Positions 1 to 13,375 of a DNA stretch of 64,000 nt are shown here, piece by piece. The notes beneath the pieces are model-generated. The model saw only the letters and a program-made list of their open reading frames with translations. It searched no databases and was not told the origin of the DNA. Each line of letters begins with the position of its first letter. The stretch's first letter is position 1. Where the stretch lies: the NCBI GenBank assembly GCA_963693365.1, contig CAVNZM010000010.1, positions 1,798,001 to 1,862,000 of the forward strand, written 5' to 3'. This DNA is from Amoebidium appalachense (Eukaryota; Protista; Ichthyosporea). Position numbers and translations under genes: made by a program.

Positions 1-281
1 CAGGACCGTTCCCGCCCCCCCCCTTCCGCTCTTCTTTCCTCTTGATCGAACCTACATGCATGCGTCAAGAGCTGTGGAAAGATAGAACCACACACACAGT
101 CTCTCTCCCTCACACACACTCTCTCTCCCTCACACACACTCTCTCTCCCTCTTAATCCTATCTATTAGAATTTAACTGGCCAATCATACCACAGGACCGT
201 TCCCGCCACCTTTGACCTGGTGTATTTCATTGGTTGGACACCCGGCAAGAACCAACCAAAGCCGGCAAAGAGGGTTTGAAG

Positions 282-322
<41 letters not shown>

Positions 323-394
323 CCCCCCCCCCCCCCCCCCCCCTCCCCCACCCTTTACCCCACCCTTGGCCTTCCGGCCTTCCGGCCCGCTCTT

Positions 395-449
<55 letters not shown>

Positions 450-684
450 ACACCACACACACACACACAGGAGTGAGGAAACGTCGCTAGGAACCTCTCA
501 TCTTCATTTTGGCGCTGAATATCCCAGTATATTCTAAAACTCGTCTCTCTCCCCATCCCTTCTATATCTCATCGGTGCATATCTCTGTGAACCTATGATC
601 TTCATGATGGCCGCTGTATATCCAAATGTTTTTTTTTCGTCTATCTCCCCGTCCCTCATATTTCATCCCCGTATCTCCTTGCAG

Positions 685-756
685 GGGTCAGGAAATGTCT
701 CCATGAAGGACCTCGACAAGGTCTTTGCACCCAAAGGATCCGACCCGAAACAGTAG
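685..756 (+). CDS. Putative terminal exon of an upstream gene (GSGNVSMKDLDKVFAPKGSDPKQ*), possibly the second half of an EF-hand loop
   Basis: Pyrimidine-rich acceptor ctccttgcag followed by 23 sense codons and TAG. GSGNVSMKDL fits EF-hand loop positions 4-13. Short, and the phase is assumed. Confidence 0.3.
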   Translation, partial: GSGNVSMKDLDKVFAPKGSDPKQ

Positions 757-1015
757 AGCCCGGCACGTCCCGAAACTATTGTCATGTTAGACCCAAACAA
801 GCCCAACTGGACTCCGGTAACACGAGTCAACGAGTCTTGAGGAAGACGTTTTCCCTTCTCGATTGGTTTTTCGACCCATGTACTGTCCCTGTTTGTCGTT
901 TTTTTTTTTTTTTTTTTTTTTTTTGTGTGTTTCTTCTTGGCCCCTTTCTCAGTGCTCATAGTTGTGAAGGAAATCGTGCCTACAAGGAAGGTATTGGGTG
1001 GAGGGGTGTGTGTGT

Positions 1016-1055
<40 letters not shown>

Positions 1056-1803
1056 GATGCTTGTCTTGAGACTGTATTGTACACTGTGCAACAATAATTG
1101 TGTTTCTCAAATCCAAAGATTTCTGGATTTCTGTGGGATTTGCGAAGGATGTATACAGTTGGTCAATCGAATGGTTAGGTTAGGTATGATGTATTACCAC
1201 ATGTACATGCTGTGCTGGAAATTCCTAACATGTAGTACATGGGAAAGTGTACTTAATACCCAAACACACACACACACAAACACGCACGCACACACACACA
1301 CACACACACACCCACACACACACACACTGTTATCAGTCTCTGGGATGGACCACCACTGCCATGCAAAATTAAACATAAAGAAAACATATACTCAATGCAG
1401 CCTTTGGAGCCACGTGCGCAATATGGGCCTGAGAATTTGGATCCGTTGGTGTGCCTGTTTCTCAGCAGGCTCGCATTGTGGGTTCATGAAAGTGTGAACA
1501 CCTTGTGTGGGCGTATGCACGGGAGTGTGTGTGTTTGTCTGTGTGGGTGGGTGGGCGTGGATGTGTGTGTGTGGGTGTGGGTGTGGGTGTGATTGTGTAC
1601 GTGTGTGTAGTGTGTGTGCGTGTGTGTGTGCGTGTGTGCGTGTGTGCGTGTGCATGTGTGGGCGTGGGCGTGGGTGCTCGTGTGCGCGCGTGTGTGATAC
1701 GTAAAATGGTCTGATATTCCATACTGGGCTTCGAATTCCGGACCGTGTGTGCATGTATGTGTAAGCGTAAATGTATGGATGTATGCTTCTCTCTGTGTGT
1801 GTG

Positions 1804-1893
<90 letters not shown>

Positions 1894-3218
1894 TTTGTGG
1901 GTATATGTGAGCGTGTTTGTGTGTGCCACGGTGCACGGTGTGACGGTGTGTGCTTGTTTATCCGTGATGATGTGTGGATTCTAAGGTGTGGGTGGGTGTG
2001 AATCTGTGTACGGGGTTTATGCCTGTCTATCTGGTTTTAATTCTCTCTGACTCTGTGTGTCTACAGGTGTATGTGCGTGTGTGTGTGTGCGCGCGCGCGA
2101 TTGTATGCATGTGCGCATGTGTTTCATAGCATATTTGTATGCTCACGCACGGCATGCTCATCCAAGTGTGTGTGTGTGTGGCTGTGTTCTCATGCTAACG
2201 GTATGTGTGTGTGTGTTTGTTTTTGTGTGTGTGTGTGCTTGTGTCTGTGTGTGCGTGTGTTTGTGTGTGTGTGAGTGCAGGGGTGCCACCCTTGCATAAA
2301 TATAAGTCACGAAGCATACTTCACGTATACCAATCTTCTTAGGTGTGGGGGGGAAGGGGGGTCAGCCATGTGACATCTTTTGTAACCACGGATGTATGTG
2401 CATGCGCACGCACATGAATGTGAGTTGTGTGTGTGTGTGCATGCATGCCTGTGTGCATGTGTGTGTGTGTGCATGTGTGTGCATACATGTGGGTGTGTCT
2501 GCTTAAATGTGTGCACATGCATGTGCTTGCATGCATGCGTGTTTGCATGTATGTGTGTGCATGTGTGTGCTACCTAATGTGCACTGCCACGAGGCCAGAA
2601 ATCTCTGGCGGCTAGCTGTTGGTGAATGGGTGGATGGGTGGGTTATAAAAAGGCGCAAGCTAAGGGGTGGGTGGGTGGGGCTAATACACTACACGTACTT
2701 ACAATTGTGCGTGTGTGTGTGCGTGTGTGTGTTTCTGGGCGGGCGGGCGGGGCATAGCATACCTCTGGAGTCACGGGGTAGGCTCGTTTCATCGAAGGTG
2801 CAGCGAATACGATTCATTGTCTTTTATTTATATATTTTCATTGGCCATCAAGGCTATTTCACTGCTTCGTTTAAATTCTTTTGGAATAAAGAGTTTAAAT
2901 GGGAGTGACTAGAATATATCACTGATACCGTTGCCTAGCATTTAGCCGGCATTCATATGTCCATACACCCACTTATGGGAATGCATCTTAAATTTGTAAA
3001 AGAACTTTCACTGTACACAACACATGATTAACATGTAAACACTTTTGCACATATCAAAACGTGCCCGTAATTTCCCAACAGCCCACACCCTCCCCATCAG
3101 TACAATTTTCATTCGACGTTTTCATTCATACAATAGATCTGCAACACTCAAAAAAGGTCATGATCCACCCGCTACTAACTAGGTAGAAGACTACCCATAT
3201 TTGGATAAGTGATTAACC

Positions 3219-4281
3219 TTATTTGGTAGGGAAACCAGGGCTGGGCTGAGACCCCTTCTTGTTACAAACCTCCTTACAGCTCTGGCCGACGCACCCAAAC
3301 ACCTCCTCCGTTCCTTTCCCCTTCCCGCACGCCGACTCATAAACAACACTGAAATGCCTTCGGCAACTGGCCGTTTCAGCATCAATGGGCACCTCGATAG
3401 ATGTTCCCTCCCATCGGCTACGTGCCACACACTGCTCAACCATCCCGTCCGGCGTGTCCTCAGGGTACGATGTCAGACACATGGTAACCTTGAAATCATC
3501 CCCAGGATTGACATTGTCCGGGAGGCTCGCCCAAGAGAAGGTGATGGGGTAAAGTTTCGCCTGACTGTCCTCTTCCCAATCGCTGCTCTGAACAGTCCAT
3601 ACGTCACCTGGCGTGCGGCACTTATTCGCCTCCAATGGGACAAGTTCCCATTTTTGTGTTGGGACGTCCTGCTTGCAATCAACAAACATGAGAGGCTCCG
3701 AGGCTGGGGATGAGGAAAAAATCTTCAACACACTTGTCTTCCCTGTCCACCCGCAGTTGGCCGTCCGGAAGGGGAAGGGTAAACTGCTTCACATCATCGC
3801 TCCATGTATCGTATGTACAGTCGATAACATATACACGGGCGTCTGAGCCCGGCTCCCCGAACAGGTTGTCATATACCATACACCTCCCGTCCTTCGTGTG
3901 CAAATGTGAACCGTTAACGTAGATTTGAAGCACGGTGTTGCTTTCGCAATCACCCAAGATCGGCCATGCGGTGCCATCCGTTACCAAACATTTCCCGGAC
4001 GATTGTGACCGGATAAGCAATGGCCCTTTAGGGAGATCATCACGCGGGCTTGCCGGGGCGGTTTCAACAGAATTAAAATCAGCATAGGTGGTGGTGGCTG
4101 CCCATGTTGTCGCTGGTTGGGTGGCGGCTGCTTGTGTAGTAGCTGCGAATGTTGTGGTGGGGATGAGAGCGGCAGCCTCCTGGGTGCCCGCCGGCTGTGG
4201 GATGGGAACAGCTGCTGTGAGGGACGCAAACAGGGGTAGGGCGAGGGCTATGCCCCTCATAGAGTTCTTGCAGGAAGCCAT
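3219..4281 (-). CDS. Secreted protein: signal peptide, Thr/Ala-rich linker, ricin-B (beta-trefoil) lectin domain, Cys-rich possibly FN3-like C-terminal domain; one +1 frameshift near 3720
   Basis: ORF 3679..4281 has a hydrophobic N-terminus (GIALALPLFASLTAA) and ricin-like repeats (IRSQSSGKCL, DGRCM, VIDC...KQF, EDKC). ORF 3219..3731 continues with FVDCKQDVPTQKW (QxW). Removing one base from the T6 run (A6 on +, 3716-3721) joins the two. Confidence 0.75.
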
Positions 4282-6218
4282 TTGCTTTCAAAATAAGTAA
4301 TTTACTAAGGTAGGTGTGTGGGGGGAAATTCGTGTTTGCCTTTGCCCGTGTGGACTGAGTCGATATTCCTCGTGTGCGGGCGTTTTGTGAATCAAATCGT
4401 GAGTTCAAAGAAACGAAAGTCAGCATCGTTTTTGTTAGCGTTCCCGCTTGGCGATCGCCCCCGCATTCCTTCTCAGATTACAGTTTACCTGTTGACATAT
4501 GTTGTCTCATAGAATTTTAATAACCTTTCGGCTATGAATGAACTATGTGTATACACTAATACTATTAGTCTCTACCAAAAAAAAAAAGAAAGAGAAGGGC
4601 TATTTTTAACGGACAAAAAGGAGCCCCACAATAAACGTGGAACGGTTACAAAGGTCCAAGGACGACCTACAGTCCTACACTAGTAGAGGGCCAAGATGAT
4701 TGGTCCTGATGAACGATGAACGTAGGTTATCAGCAAAAGAAAAAAGCAAGACACCATGACTCAGAGTTCGAAAACCACCTTTACCAACACATATGAGTGC
4801 GTGCTAAGCATTGAAAAGCTTCTATTTACTCTTTTTTTATTGTAGTTGAACTTGCATAAAGCTCGGCTTAGTGCGCATTTACGTGTCACGACCAGCGCAG
4901 CGCGCTGACATGCGTGGGCATTGGAATGCCGAAGGATAGAAATAGTGACTTATGACTTAAGTTATAGTCTGAAATACTGCGCATTGATTGGCTTGGCGTT
5001 AAGGCTAAAGACGGGCACCGATTGGCTAGCTTGGTTATGAGTGAGCAGGGTTGGGCTGGGGTTGGCCAGCTTAGCTGTATTGTCGTTTGGCCAATCGTAA
5101 CGGACAATTTCTTAATCGTAACGGGGGGGTTCTTGGGGATCTGCAAGCCCAGCTAAAAACGCCCCTCCAGTCACAAAACTCAAAATACGCGTTTTTAAAA
5201 ATTAAGTGTCGCACAATTACAAGCCCTGGACACTTGTCGGGGTTCGATATTGCTCATGAGAAGATGTAGATATGTTCTTGAACAGAAATATTGAAAAAAT
5301 TAGGTACAGTTAGATATTAGGGAACCTTGTTTATAATGCTATACATCTGATATGAAAGCTGTTACGACGGCACCCTAACCTTATTCGTATCGGGGTCTTT
5401 TTCGTTAATCGTGATTACGACGATTTTTTTTCGTAATCCCCCCCTTAAGCTTGTGAGTGAGTCCAGCAGTGGGTCGACATCTCGTAGCAAAATGTCAGAA
5501 ACTCTTACATTGCCGTGGAAATATTATTATATTGTGTAGACCAAAAGGAAGAAAATACAGTAAAGGAAAATTTTTGTTTTTTCATAGTCGCATGTTTTAT
5601 GTGTATTTAGCAACCGTTTTATGACCTGTTTTCGGATGTCAGGAATGCACAATTATATGCTGATGACTACCAACGCAGCTGCAGGAACAGTAGGAATAAT
5701 GCCCATTGTATAACCTATGCAATTATCATATTCCAAGAAATATTGTGATTGTAAAAGATTACTACTCTTGCTTGTAAAGGGAGAGCTATATGTATTATTT
5801 GTGCAACTTTGGTGACCAACTGATGATGCGTGGCTTCAACGACTTGGAAATCTATCTCACCTCACAAATAGTCATCCAACCTTACATTTCTATGACTATT
5901 CACGAATCACAATCGAGAACATAAATTAGATTGCTCTGAATCCAATCGCCGAGGCTCCCACTCCCTCTTGAATCCAACCACGAAAGGCCTCAGAAATGAA
6001 TATTCTCCGAAGCTAACAGCCAGGCCGCTAACAGGACGACTTTTGTTGAGCAAATTGCGAAATGGAGAGAGCAAATGGTGCCGCAATGATTCAGCCTCTT
6101 GGGCTAGTCCTTGCGTCCTTGGATGACGGGCCGGGTAGCTCTATGTCTCGTTTTTTTAAGGTGCTGGTTTGGAATGGGTTCAGAACTTCCTTGCCTGGCC
6201 ACCGCGTCGTGATGGGGT

Positions 6219-6224
6219 TATAAA
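6219..6224 (+). promoter_or_regulatory. TATA box upstream of the BTB pseudogene
   Basis: TATAAA about 70 nt upstream of the ATG at 6295. Confidence 0.4.
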
Positions 6225-6294
6225 CAGCACCCATTCTCTTTCTCTACAGCAGGACAGGCACAGACTCAGCAGGCAAAGTGTTAAAACGGTCGTC

Positions 6295-6584
6295 ATGGAA
6301 GCTTTTTAGTTTTTGTTAGCTGCTGAGCGGCTTGAAAGAGAGGGACCTCACTTCTTGGGCACATAGCGGCCACCGCACGGGAGCTGTGCGCCAAAGAGAC
6401 CGCCCTAAGCGCAGAAGCAAAAGCCCTGGAAAGTGATCGCGAAAAGCTAAATGAGGAGAGGTGTGTGGGCAAGCAGAATACCAACCTCCCCTTTTCCCCA
6501 CCTCCAAAGTTCACCCATTCGTCGACACACAAATTCACTCGTCTCTCCGGAACTCTCTATTTGTAGTTCCGTTTCAGCCTCCCC

Positions 6585-6639
<55 letters not shown>

Positions 6640-6874
6640 CCCCCCCGTCCCCCCCCCCACCCCAACCACACCGCCCCCCCCCCCCCCCCCCCCCAAACTA
6701 CCACAACACCACCCATCCACCCACTGCTTTTTTCACTTTCCTGCTTTTTACTCCCCCCCCCCCCCCCCCTCTTGCTTTTCACACCTGTTTCTCCTCCTGG
6801 ATTTCGAAGCAGTTTCTATAAGCTGTAGCTGTGCCAAACTCACCAGGCCCCCCCCCCACCCCCGCCCCCTCTCT

Positions 6875-6914
<40 letters not shown>

Positions 6915-7428
6915 CCTCGCTTCCCCCCTTCTCGCTCGCCGTCTTCCGTTCTTATTTTATCCCGTCTTGTGGATCCCCTACCACCACCACCACCCACACC
7001 CACCCCCTACCCCGCCCACCCCGCACGCATCACATCCTCCCCCCCCTTCACCTCCCCCCCCCCTCCCCCCTTCCTCGGGGGCCCATGTGCTCCACAGGAA
7101 ATTTCATCGCTGCCCACACTCTGCTTTCCTTTACTAGTTTGAGGTATGGTATGTGAGTGCACGGCGACGCATGTGTTGCTGTATGTATGAGCATGACAAC
7201 AGGCCTTATCGGTGGGTATGGTGGATGCAGTGATGGTGGTGGTGTGTGTGTGTTGGGGGGGGGGGGGGGGGGGGGGGTTTGGACAATTGTGTGTATGTTG
7301 GTGAGGCTTGACTGCTGACTCTTACTCGTCTACGTAAGCAGAAGCACACACACACATAAAGACGCACACATGTTCGCCGGCTACTTGTCCGCACGCACAC
7401 ACACGCAGATCAACGCACACACACACAA

Positions 7429-7466
<38 letters not shown>

Positions 7467-7824
7467 GAGAACATGCACACGCATGTATGCACACACGTAC
7501 GCACGCACACAAAAGACACGCATACATGCGAAGACACACACACACACACAACCATTCACACACAGAGAGAGAAAGAGAGAGGGAGGGAGGGAGCGAGAGA
7601 GAGAGTGTGTGTGTGTGTGACTTCCACCCGGCAACTGCTATTTCTGTGCCTTGCTAGCTGTCTGTCTCTCATACCACATCTTTTTATATTCATGTTATAC
7701 TCCTCAGAATCTTATGAGCCCATATTCCCTCGGCATCCAATTTTTACAGCAAGTGTTTTTAGCATGTCTGCCCCACTTACATCGTGTCTGAACTCTTCCT
7801 TGTCGCCTCCTATTTCAGAATCAA

Positions 7825-7856
<32 letters not shown>

Positions 7857-9543
7857 TTAAAGTATCGCTTTTTGGTTCCTCTCCGCCCCCTTCCGCCCTC
7901 CTCCTCGTAATTCCTAAGGCCCCCCTGACCTTTTCCCCCCCTTCCGCCCCTCTCTCCCTCCCCGTGCCCTTTACTATGTTTCATGATGTGTTGCATTTAG
8001 TGTGCATATATACACTCTGTGACACGTTTTTTCCCCAGAAACCCGAAGTTGAAATGATAGTATGCACATACGGTTTCATAGGCACTTATGACCGCTTTTG
8101 CGTGTATACAGAGAACGGTTTGCAGCCGAATTCGAGGCTGTGTGTCAGCTCAACCAACACTCTAGCGACCAAATTGTTCTCGATGTGGGCGGCCATCGCT
8201 TCCACACCACCCGCCAGACCCTCTGTTCAGCACCGGGCTCCATGCTGGCCGCATGGTTCAGCGGCCGCCACGCCGTCCAAACCTGACCGGACGGTTCTGT
8301 TTTTATCGACCGGTCGCCAGTTTTGTTTGAATAAGTACTCGATTTGCTGCGTACGGGGGGGGGTCAATCCACTGCTTCCGGCGGACGAGAACGCGAAAGA
8401 ACAGCTGCAGGACGAGTTTGAATTTTTCTGTTTGAAGTGGCCCGGTTCAGAGCCGTCGCCGACAATCGTGGACTTGTGCCGTGGGGAGCCGCAGTGTATG
8501 GTGCTGAACCATTCTTTTGGTCTCGACGATTCAAAATTTTACTTGGCCCCCAACGTTAACCGGTTATTGACTAAAGATGATAGAACCAGCATAGGCACCG
8601 GTAATCTATGGTATACCACGACCGGGAAAGGCTGAAAACATGGCATGGTAAAGATGGTGATTTTGGCAAGCTCAACGAGCTATTGGTGGATCAGCAGCAG
8701 ACGTATGTTGTGAGTTCCTATGAGCAAAACAACCGGACGAACGTGGTTCTCTATAGCGTGGTGGACGGTTCCATGAAGAAGCCAATTCACCTGAACACTT
8801 CGATTCAGTCGCTCAATCTCTTGCGCGGAGACATGTTGGTGTTGAGAACATGGGACGGTGTGATTTCGGTGCAAAGCATCGCTACTGGCGATGCGCTGTA
8901 GCACATTGTGCCTGAGGGGGTATCTTACTCAGACGTGTGTAAGCGATTAATTTTCTTCTGCAGCATAGTGCCGAGGCGTTTGTTGAATACGATAACCATG
9001 CACATGGTTTTGTTAAGCAATGGGTCGCCGTATAAGACCACAACGCTGGCAGGGAAGTGTATGAAGAACATTTCGTGTTGGATTCCGGCAAAGGGAGGAT
9101 GTGGTTGTCGAGCAAGCGTTTGGCCTCGCTAAGGGTTGACGATGAGAGAAAGTACGAGCAGTATGAAGTCGAGTATCAAATGTGGGATGAGAATGGTAAA
9201 GTTTTGGTTCCTGCCAACGCTGGTCACGCTAGGCCAGGGCGCTCGGCAGAGAGATGTTTTGGGGTTCAGTGGGCCTGCAGCTGATATGTTCTCTGTGAAG
9301 ACCAAAGCAGGTTTGGACATATATGTACTGAAGCACACAACCATGCGTACTGTTGCAGTTGCAGAGTGTGTTAAGTTTGATTTGCGTGAGGCGGATCGTG
9401 CGTGGTGGTCTCAGGTACGTAGTGCTAATGTGGAGGTTGCTGGTGCAACTCTCGTGGCTTTGGGGAAGGATGGCAAGGCAAGGGTGTGGAGTCTCCCTAA
9501 GCAATTGCAAAACCCCAACAAGTGCAGGCATGTCGGTATTTGA
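6295..9543 (+). pseudogene. KCTD-like BTB/POZ (T1-type) gene with N-terminal coiled coil and C-terminal beta-propeller-like region; exon 1 ~6295-6460, exon 2 8112-9543; disrupted
   Basis: Exon 1 encodes ATARELCAKETALSAEAKALESDREKLNEE and splices in phase 2 (AG|gtgtgt...atacag|A) to ERFAAEF...IVLDVGGHRFHTTRQTLCSAPGSMLAAWFSGRH...DGSVFIDRSPVLFE*VLDLLR...EQLQDEFEFF, a classic KCTD BTB domain. In-frame stops occur at about 6307, 8284, 8332, 8899 and 9031, with at least four frameshifts. The end (LVALGKDGKARVWSL) is WD40-like. Confidence 0.8.
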
Positions 9544-10507
9544 TGAAATGACATTATGAATCTCCTGTGTGTGTGTAAGCGAATTAAAACGTTTTTTTTT
9601 AGCGAATTAAAACGTTTTTTTTTTTTGTTTTTTTTTTTTTGTTTTTTTTTGTTTTTTTTTGTCTTGTGTTATAGAAGAAAGATTTTTTGGCTCGCCAAAA
9701 CTTCCCGCCCTAATTTCCGTGTTTGGCTAATCAATCAAATCGTGCGCGAATAATTGGTCCATATTTTATTTTTATTGAGATTGCATTTTTGACTGGGGCA
9801 GACAATACACTTCTAGGACTGTATGATATACATAAGGACAAATAACTATTGCATTTTGCCTGACTCGTAGGTTGTCTCTTTGCCATTGGGGTTAATGTAA
9901 ATACACACCGGTTCACTCCAAACTGTTGCCGTTTTGCCACTTTTACTAACGCTTTGTTCAGCTACACTTTTTTGGGTGGGTGACTAAGTATACGTAATAT
10001 AATTTGGTCGATATGCATGGCCAGTCATATGAGGCCACCAGCTATATCACTCCAAGGATTGCAGGCCCACCCGTCAATAAACAGACACTGGCAGAATTAT
10101 CGCACCCATTGCAACATCTTACTTTATATGTACCTCAACAATTCCGAAGCTGGCTCAACACCGGGTACATGAGAAAGAGAGATAGAGAGGGAGGTGGGGG
10201 AGGGGGCCAGTTTGCTGCACCACGGGTTGAGCGCACACTCTTCTACAACTTCCCCTCCCCCCCTCATCCCCCCCCCCCCCCTCCCCACCCCCCCCACATA
10301 CACGCACCCAACACAGCATAAATCCCCCCTCCTGGGAACCCGGGCCCAGCCATTGTTTGCACGTATGATTCTACACCTGCTCGTCTGCGCACACAATCAT
10401 TATGTCATTTGTACGTACACTGGTGGCGACATGCACACTGAGGAGTAAAGTGTGGACTCTTGAGCAGTGATATCATCGAGCGGTGGTGTGTATGAGATTT
10501 GTGTGTC

Positions 10508-10581
<74 letters not shown>

Positions 10582-10739
10582 GGCGCACGCTGCGCGCGTG
10601 CGCACGCGCGCACGCGTGATGTATACAGGCCCCCGGTCCCCTCAAAACTTGCCTCTCGTGGATCCGTACCTGATATCGATATCATGATCATATTCTGCCT
10701 GGGGGGGGGGGGGTGGTCCGGGAGAGGGGGTCGGGGAAA

Positions 10740-10789
<50 letters not shown>

Positions 10790-11004
10790 CAAGGGATGCC
10801 TCTCACAATTTGTGGCCATGACGTCGACTACGGCTATCTCTGAGGGCGCCGTGGGCTATGTGTTTTTATATGTGTGTGTGTGGGTGGATGGATGGGCAGG
10901 CAGGCCCCTGGGGGGCCAGGGGAGGGGAGAGGGAGGGTTGCCTCGGAGGTGAGGAGGTGGGCCCGGGAGGAGGGGGGGAGGAGGGGTCGGGGGCGTTTTT
11001 TATT

Positions 11005-11039
<35 letters not shown>

Positions 11040-11326
11040 ATTTTATTTTTTTGGGGGGGGGGAGGACTCGGAGGGCATGGACATTAGAAACATGCACCCA
11101 CCTAACACCTTTTGCTTTCGGATTGTGCAGTTTGAACTGTTACACTGCCCAAATTGATTCCAACGACGTGTACATGCCTGGGTCAAGGCCAATACATTAT
11201 CACTGCAGAAACGACGGAAGATGTGAACGAGGGGAAAAAAATAGGAAATACTGAAAAGAGTTGGATACCACGAGAGGCCAGTTTTTTTGATGACCGTAGA
11301 CCCATGCCCGTAGCGGCACGTACATG

Positions 11327-11376
<50 letters not shown>

Positions 11377-11392
11377 CATACACACACACACA

Positions 11393-11484
<92 letters not shown>

Positions 11485-12041
11485 CGCAACACTGCATCGT
11501 GCCCCCTCCTACCTGATCACCAAAATGTAACAGCCAACTCCCCCCCCCCCCCCCCCGGGCCCCTCCTGGGGATGCGCGCATGCCACCGCTTCCCCCCCCC
11601 CCCTCCCGTATTCCATCCCCTTGCCCCATGGCCAGTGTAACTTCACCATTCCTTCTGTCCTACAACCGCTGCCCTAACCACCGGGATTCCTATTGGTCGT
11701 CAGAGCTTCCTTCGAGCACCTCAACTGTATGTACTTCATGTTCCTGGTTCCTCCCCAGAGCCCCTGCAGCCCACTGCAGCTGAGGCGTTTTGCACGGCCT
11801 TCTTATAGTTCCTCCCCTCGGTTTTACACCATTAGCTGGCATTATTTAGCATAAACGAAATCTTCCAGGGTCATGCAGGAGAAACGATGGACCAAAAACC
11901 GCATAGAGGAGCGGCTGAGGCATTGAAACATGCGCAAGCACAAAAGCCTATTTATTTTTTTTTGTTCTTTCTTCACCTCTTGCGACTCGGAAGTTCCGGG
12001 CCAAGAAAAAAAAAAAAAAAAGAATGCGGGGGTTGGGGGGT

Positions 12042-12078
<37 letters not shown>

Positions 12079-12079
12079 G

Positions 12080-12115
<36 letters not shown>

Positions 12116-12720
12116 GTTACGTTTCACGTTGGGTACCGGGTAGGGTGACGTCACTGCCCGCTCAGGGGAAAATGGCGCGAAAACTTCGCTATTAGTGACG
12201 TCATTCCTTCTTCCTTATTGGTCAGGCGGCCCTTTTGAAAGTTTTAAAAGATTCGAAAACCGTCGACTGAGTCGACTGAGCTCTTTCCGTGAAAAAATGG
12301 ACTTTTACCGTGACGCATGCGCAACACATGTTGAGAGCTAAACTAAATTCAAACTGTGCCTCTTGTTAGCGTTTATAGCCTTGAGCCTTGATAGAGTTGA
12401 GGATGGACTTTGTTGAGGGTATCATTCAATAGAGAAAAAAAAATTAGCTTTCTAATAGATATAGGTTTGATGGGGTTCTGATCGGTGCGAAGGGTCGAAA
12501 ATTACGAAAAACCAAAAATGTCTTCTCGTAGAAGGTGCCGAACAATAAAAAAGTAGGAATATATTTTTAAAAGTTTTTATAAAACAATAAAAAAGTAGGA
12601 ATATTAGTAAAAAGGTTCGAATCTAACCTTGAATCTCTAATCTGATACATGACCACCCACAACCACAGGCGATGAAGAGCACGTCTTATGCAACACGCCG
12701 TGTGGCACGCGCTTAACAAG

Positions 12721-12740
12721 ATGGAGCAACAGGAGGGACA

Positions 12741-12772
<32 letters not shown>

Positions 12773-13375
12773 GGAGCCCCACAAGAAACAGCGTACAGAA
12801 AACGGCGATGCACACACAACAACAGGGAAAGAAGAAGAAAAAACGAGATCGAAACACGCGTAAAAATTCCACCAGCGGTTTACTTGCGCACTCTGCTACG
12901 GTACCCCGTGCAAGACGCTTTCCTTGCCCTCTTGGCTTCTCGCGGGGAAATCCGCAATCCGCCTCCCCCGCGAGACGGACGAAGAATTCGCGGCCCGTAA
13001 ACAACAAATGTGCTATAGCCGTCTGAGATGGATTCTGGGCGACGGGGATTCGTATCAGTTGTGGGAGTGTTGTCGCTTGGCCGTCAGAATTCTGTATTTC
13101 TCGTTCGAGCATCGCGGGTGGGCTCCACTGAGCGAGCGTAAAAATGAAATTCCAAGGGTGCGTGGGAACGGAATTGCAAACACTTACCGATTTTTGTTGG
13201 AAAGATCGAGCGGGCGTGGGTATGGTTTTGGGCGTCTAGTGGTCCTGTGCTGACTTTGGCTCAGATTGCTGATATGGAAGCGGAGGGAATGAGCAGCGGA
13301 ATAGACAGCGAGAGTGAATGTGAGAACGAGTGGGAGAGTGTGGATGAGGATGGAAGTGATGTGGAGACGGAGTAA
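12721..13375 (+). pseudogene. Frameshifted intronless ORF with a bHLH-basic-region-like motif and an acidic C-terminal tail
   Basis: The frame from 12782 reads QETAYRKRRCTHNNRERRRKNEIETRVKIPPAVYLRTLLRY. It shifts at the C run near 12965 into RETDEEFAARKQQMCYSRLRW... and near 13145 into ...SESECENEWESVDEDGSDVETE* (TAA at 13373-13375). Confidence 0.4.

Noticed and set aside
4704-4780. CTGATGA...GAAA, possible hammerhead ribozyme
   Set aside because: The required stems could not be formed around the core.
8284-9033. Stop-codon reassignment (TAA at expected Tyr positions)
   Set aside because: All three stop types plus frameshifts occur in this gene, and intact genes in the window terminate normally at TAA or TAG.
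12541-12604. Short direct duplications (also about 9578-9620, 27095-27205, 55634-55658)
   Set aside because: Two-copy local slippage duplications with no further structure.
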